A stretch of DNA of 64,000 bases, from positions 247,318,001-247,382,000 of the forward strand of contig OZ024743.1 in NCBI GenBank assembly GCA_964016885.1. Reading direction: 5' to 3'. Below the pieces are notes generated by a model. The model searched no databases and had not been told where the DNA came from. It saw only the letters and a list, made by a program, of their open reading frames with translations. A program made the translations under genes and the position numbers. Below are positions 61,701-64,000 of the stretch, piece by piece; position 1 is the stretch's first letter, and the number at the start of each line of letters is the position of its first letter. Origin of the DNA: Eledone cirrhosa. Its lineage: Eukaryota.

Positions 61701-64000
61701 AAGGGGAGATAATTTCCAGCCGTCCAAGGGGAGATAAATTCCAGCCTCCAAGGGGAGATAATTTCCAGCCAGCCAAGGGGAGATAATTTGTAAAAAAATC
61801 AGGGGGAGATAATTTGTAAAAAAAAATCAGGGGGAGATAATTTGTAAAAAAAAATCAGTTGGAGATAATTTGTAAAAAAAAATCAAGGGGAGATAATTTT
61901 CAGCCGTCCAAGGGGAGATAATTTTCAGCCGTCCAAGGAGAGGTAATTTCTAGCCGTCCAAGGGGATATAATTTCCAGCCGTCCAAGGGGAGATAATTTC
62001 CAGCCGTCCAAGGGGAGATAATTTTTAAAAAAAATCAGGCGAAGATAATTTGTAAAAAAAAAATCAGGGGGAGATAATTTGTAAAAAAAAATCAGGGGTG
62101 ATAATTTGTAAAAAAAATCAAGGGGAGATAATTTCCAGCCGTCCAAGGGAAGATAATTTCCAGCCCTCCAAGGGAAGATAACTTCCAGCCCTCCAAGGGG
62201 CTATAATTTCCAGCGTCCAAGGGGAGATAATTTCCAGCCAGCGAAGGGGAGATAATTTTTTAAAAAAATCACTGGGAGATTTGTAAAAAAAATCAGGGGG
62301 AGATAATTTGTAAAAAAAATCAAGGGGAGATAATTTCCAGCCGTCCAAAGAGAGATAATTTCTAGCCGTCCAAGGGGAGATAATTTCCAGCCAAGGGGAA
62401 ATAATTTCCAGCCGTCCAAGGGGAGATAATTTCCAGCCGTGCAAGGGGAGATAATTTCCAGCCGTCCAAGGGGAGATAATTTCCATCCTTCCAAGGGGAG
62501 ATAATTTCCAGGCGTCCAAGGGGAGATAATTTCCAGCCAGCGAAGGGGAGCACTGGGAGATTTGTAAAAAAAATCAGGGGTAGATAATTTGTAAAAAAAA
62601 TCAGGGGGAGATAATTTGTAAAAAATCAAGGGGAGATAATTTCCAGCCGTCCAAGGGAAGATAATTTTCAGCCGTCCAAGGAGAGGTAATTTCTAGCCGT
62701 TCAAGGGGAGATAATTTCCAGCCGTCCAAGGGGAGATAATTTCCAGCCGTCCAAGGGGAGATAATTTTTAAAAAAAATCAGGCGGAGCTAATTTGTAAAA
62801 AAATAATCAGGGGCAGATAATTTGTAAAAAAAAATCAGGGGGAGATAATTTGTATACAAAATCAAGGGGAGATAATTTCCAGCCGTCCAAGGCGAGATAA
62901 TTTCCAGCCGTCCAAGGGGAGATAATTTACAGCTGTCCAAGTAGAGGTAATTTCTAGGCGTCCAAGGGGAGATAATTTCCAGCCGTCCAAGGGGAGATAA
63001 TTTCCAGCCAGCCAAGGGGAGATAATTTCCAGCCAGCCAAGGGGAGATATTTGTAAAAAAAATCAGGGAGAGATAATTTGTAAAAAAAAAATCAGGGGTA
63101 GATAATTTGTAGAAGACATAAAGGGGAGATAATTTCCAGCCGTCCAAGGGGAGAAAATTTCCATCCAGCCAAGGGGAGATAATTTTAAAAAAAAAATCAG
63201 GCGGAGATAATTTGTAAAAAAAAATCAGGGGGAGATAATTAGTAAAAAAAATCAAGGGGAGATAATTTCCAGCCGTCCAAGGGGAGATAATTTCCAGCCC
63301 TACAAGCAGCTATAATTTCCAGCCGTCCAAAGGGAGATAATTTCCAGCCAGCGAAGGGGAGATAATTTATTTTTAAATTAGGGGGAAATTTGTAAAAAAA
63401 ATCAGGGGGAGATAATTTGTAAAAAAAATCAAGGGGAAATAATTTCCAGCCGTCCAAGGGGAGATAATTTCCAGCCGTCCAAGGGGAGATAATTTCCAGC
63501 CGTCCAAGGAGAGGTAATTTCTAGCCGTCCAAGGGGAGATAATTTCCAGCCGTCCAAGGGGAGATAATTTCCAGCCGTCCAAGGGGAGATAATTTCCAGC
63601 CGTTCAAGGGGAGATAATTTCCAGCCGTCCAAGAGGAGATAATTTTTTAAAAAAAATCAGGCGGAGATAATTTGTAAAAAAAAATCAGGGGGAGATAATT
63701 TGTAAAAAAAAATCGGGGAGATAATTCGTAAAAATAAATCAGGGGGAGATAACATGTAAAAAAAATCAAGGGGAGATAATTTCCAGCCGTCCAAGGGAAG
63801 ATAATTTCCAGCCCTCCAAGGGGCTATAATTTCCAGCGTCCAAGGGGAGATAATTTCCAGCCCTCCAAGGGGCTATAATTTCCAGCGTCCAAGGGGAGAT
63901 AATTTCCAGCCAGCGAAAGGGAGATCATTTTTTAAAAAAAGCAGGCGGAGATGATTTGTAAAAAAAATCAGGTGGAGATAATTTGTTAAAAAAAATCAGG
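31772..64000. repeat. Composite satellite array: monomer A CAAGGGGAGATAATTTCCAGCCGTC (25 bp) interleaved with monomer B CAGGGGGAGATAATTTGT(A)7-10T (~27-29 bp)
   Basis: Continuous, single orientation, no interrupting insertions seen over 32.2 kb (roughly 1,200 monomers by length). Multi-kb duplicated blocks are evident from constant offsets between identical pseudo-ORFs. Confidence 0.98.

Noticed and set aside
31772-64000. Over a hundred minus-strand ORFs with WKLSPLGRLEIISPWTAGNYLPLDG repeats (up to 310 aa)
   Set aside because: Translation artefact of a stop-poor 25-bp monomer: the same peptide appears in all three frames and is broken by A-tract length changes.
31772-64000. CRISPR-like pattern of constant repeat plus variable spacer
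   Set aside because: The 'spacers' are only ~12-16 nt, fall into two recurring classes, and there is no cas gene or leader; the context is eukaryotic.

Overview
AT-rich, repeat-dense animal genomic DNA; the repeat repertoire suggests a mollusc, most likely an octopus-type cephalopod (inference). The window has two halves separated by a 200-N gap (31572-31771). Left half (1-31571): the probable first coding exon of an LPCAT1/2-family gene (minus strand, 3300-3365). The rest is mostly decayed mobile DNA: a 5'-truncated RTE LINE (7050-10090) with an intact frame, 4 premature stops and a PHD finger after the RT, plus many older RTE pieces, a CRE endonuclease remnant, a mariner remnant, tRNA-derived SINEs, hAT and piggyBac-type MITEs, a head-to-tail chain of non-autonomous Helitrons (14.5-19 kb) and a Penelope-like remnant (28-30.3 kb). 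The most unusual signal is a set of sequence-unrelated small elements next to (TA)n tracts that carry type I hammerhead ribozyme motifs. Four of them form long fold-back palindromes whose axis lies on the hammerhead itself. A 283-bp tandem unit with a tRNA-like Pol III head shows the same inverted geometry. Right half (31772-64000): a 32-kb satellite of two interleaved monomers (25 bp and ~27-29 bp) sharing a GGGGAGATAATTT core, with multi-kb segmental duplications. All ORFs in that half are repeat artefacts. All calls were made by eye, without database searches.
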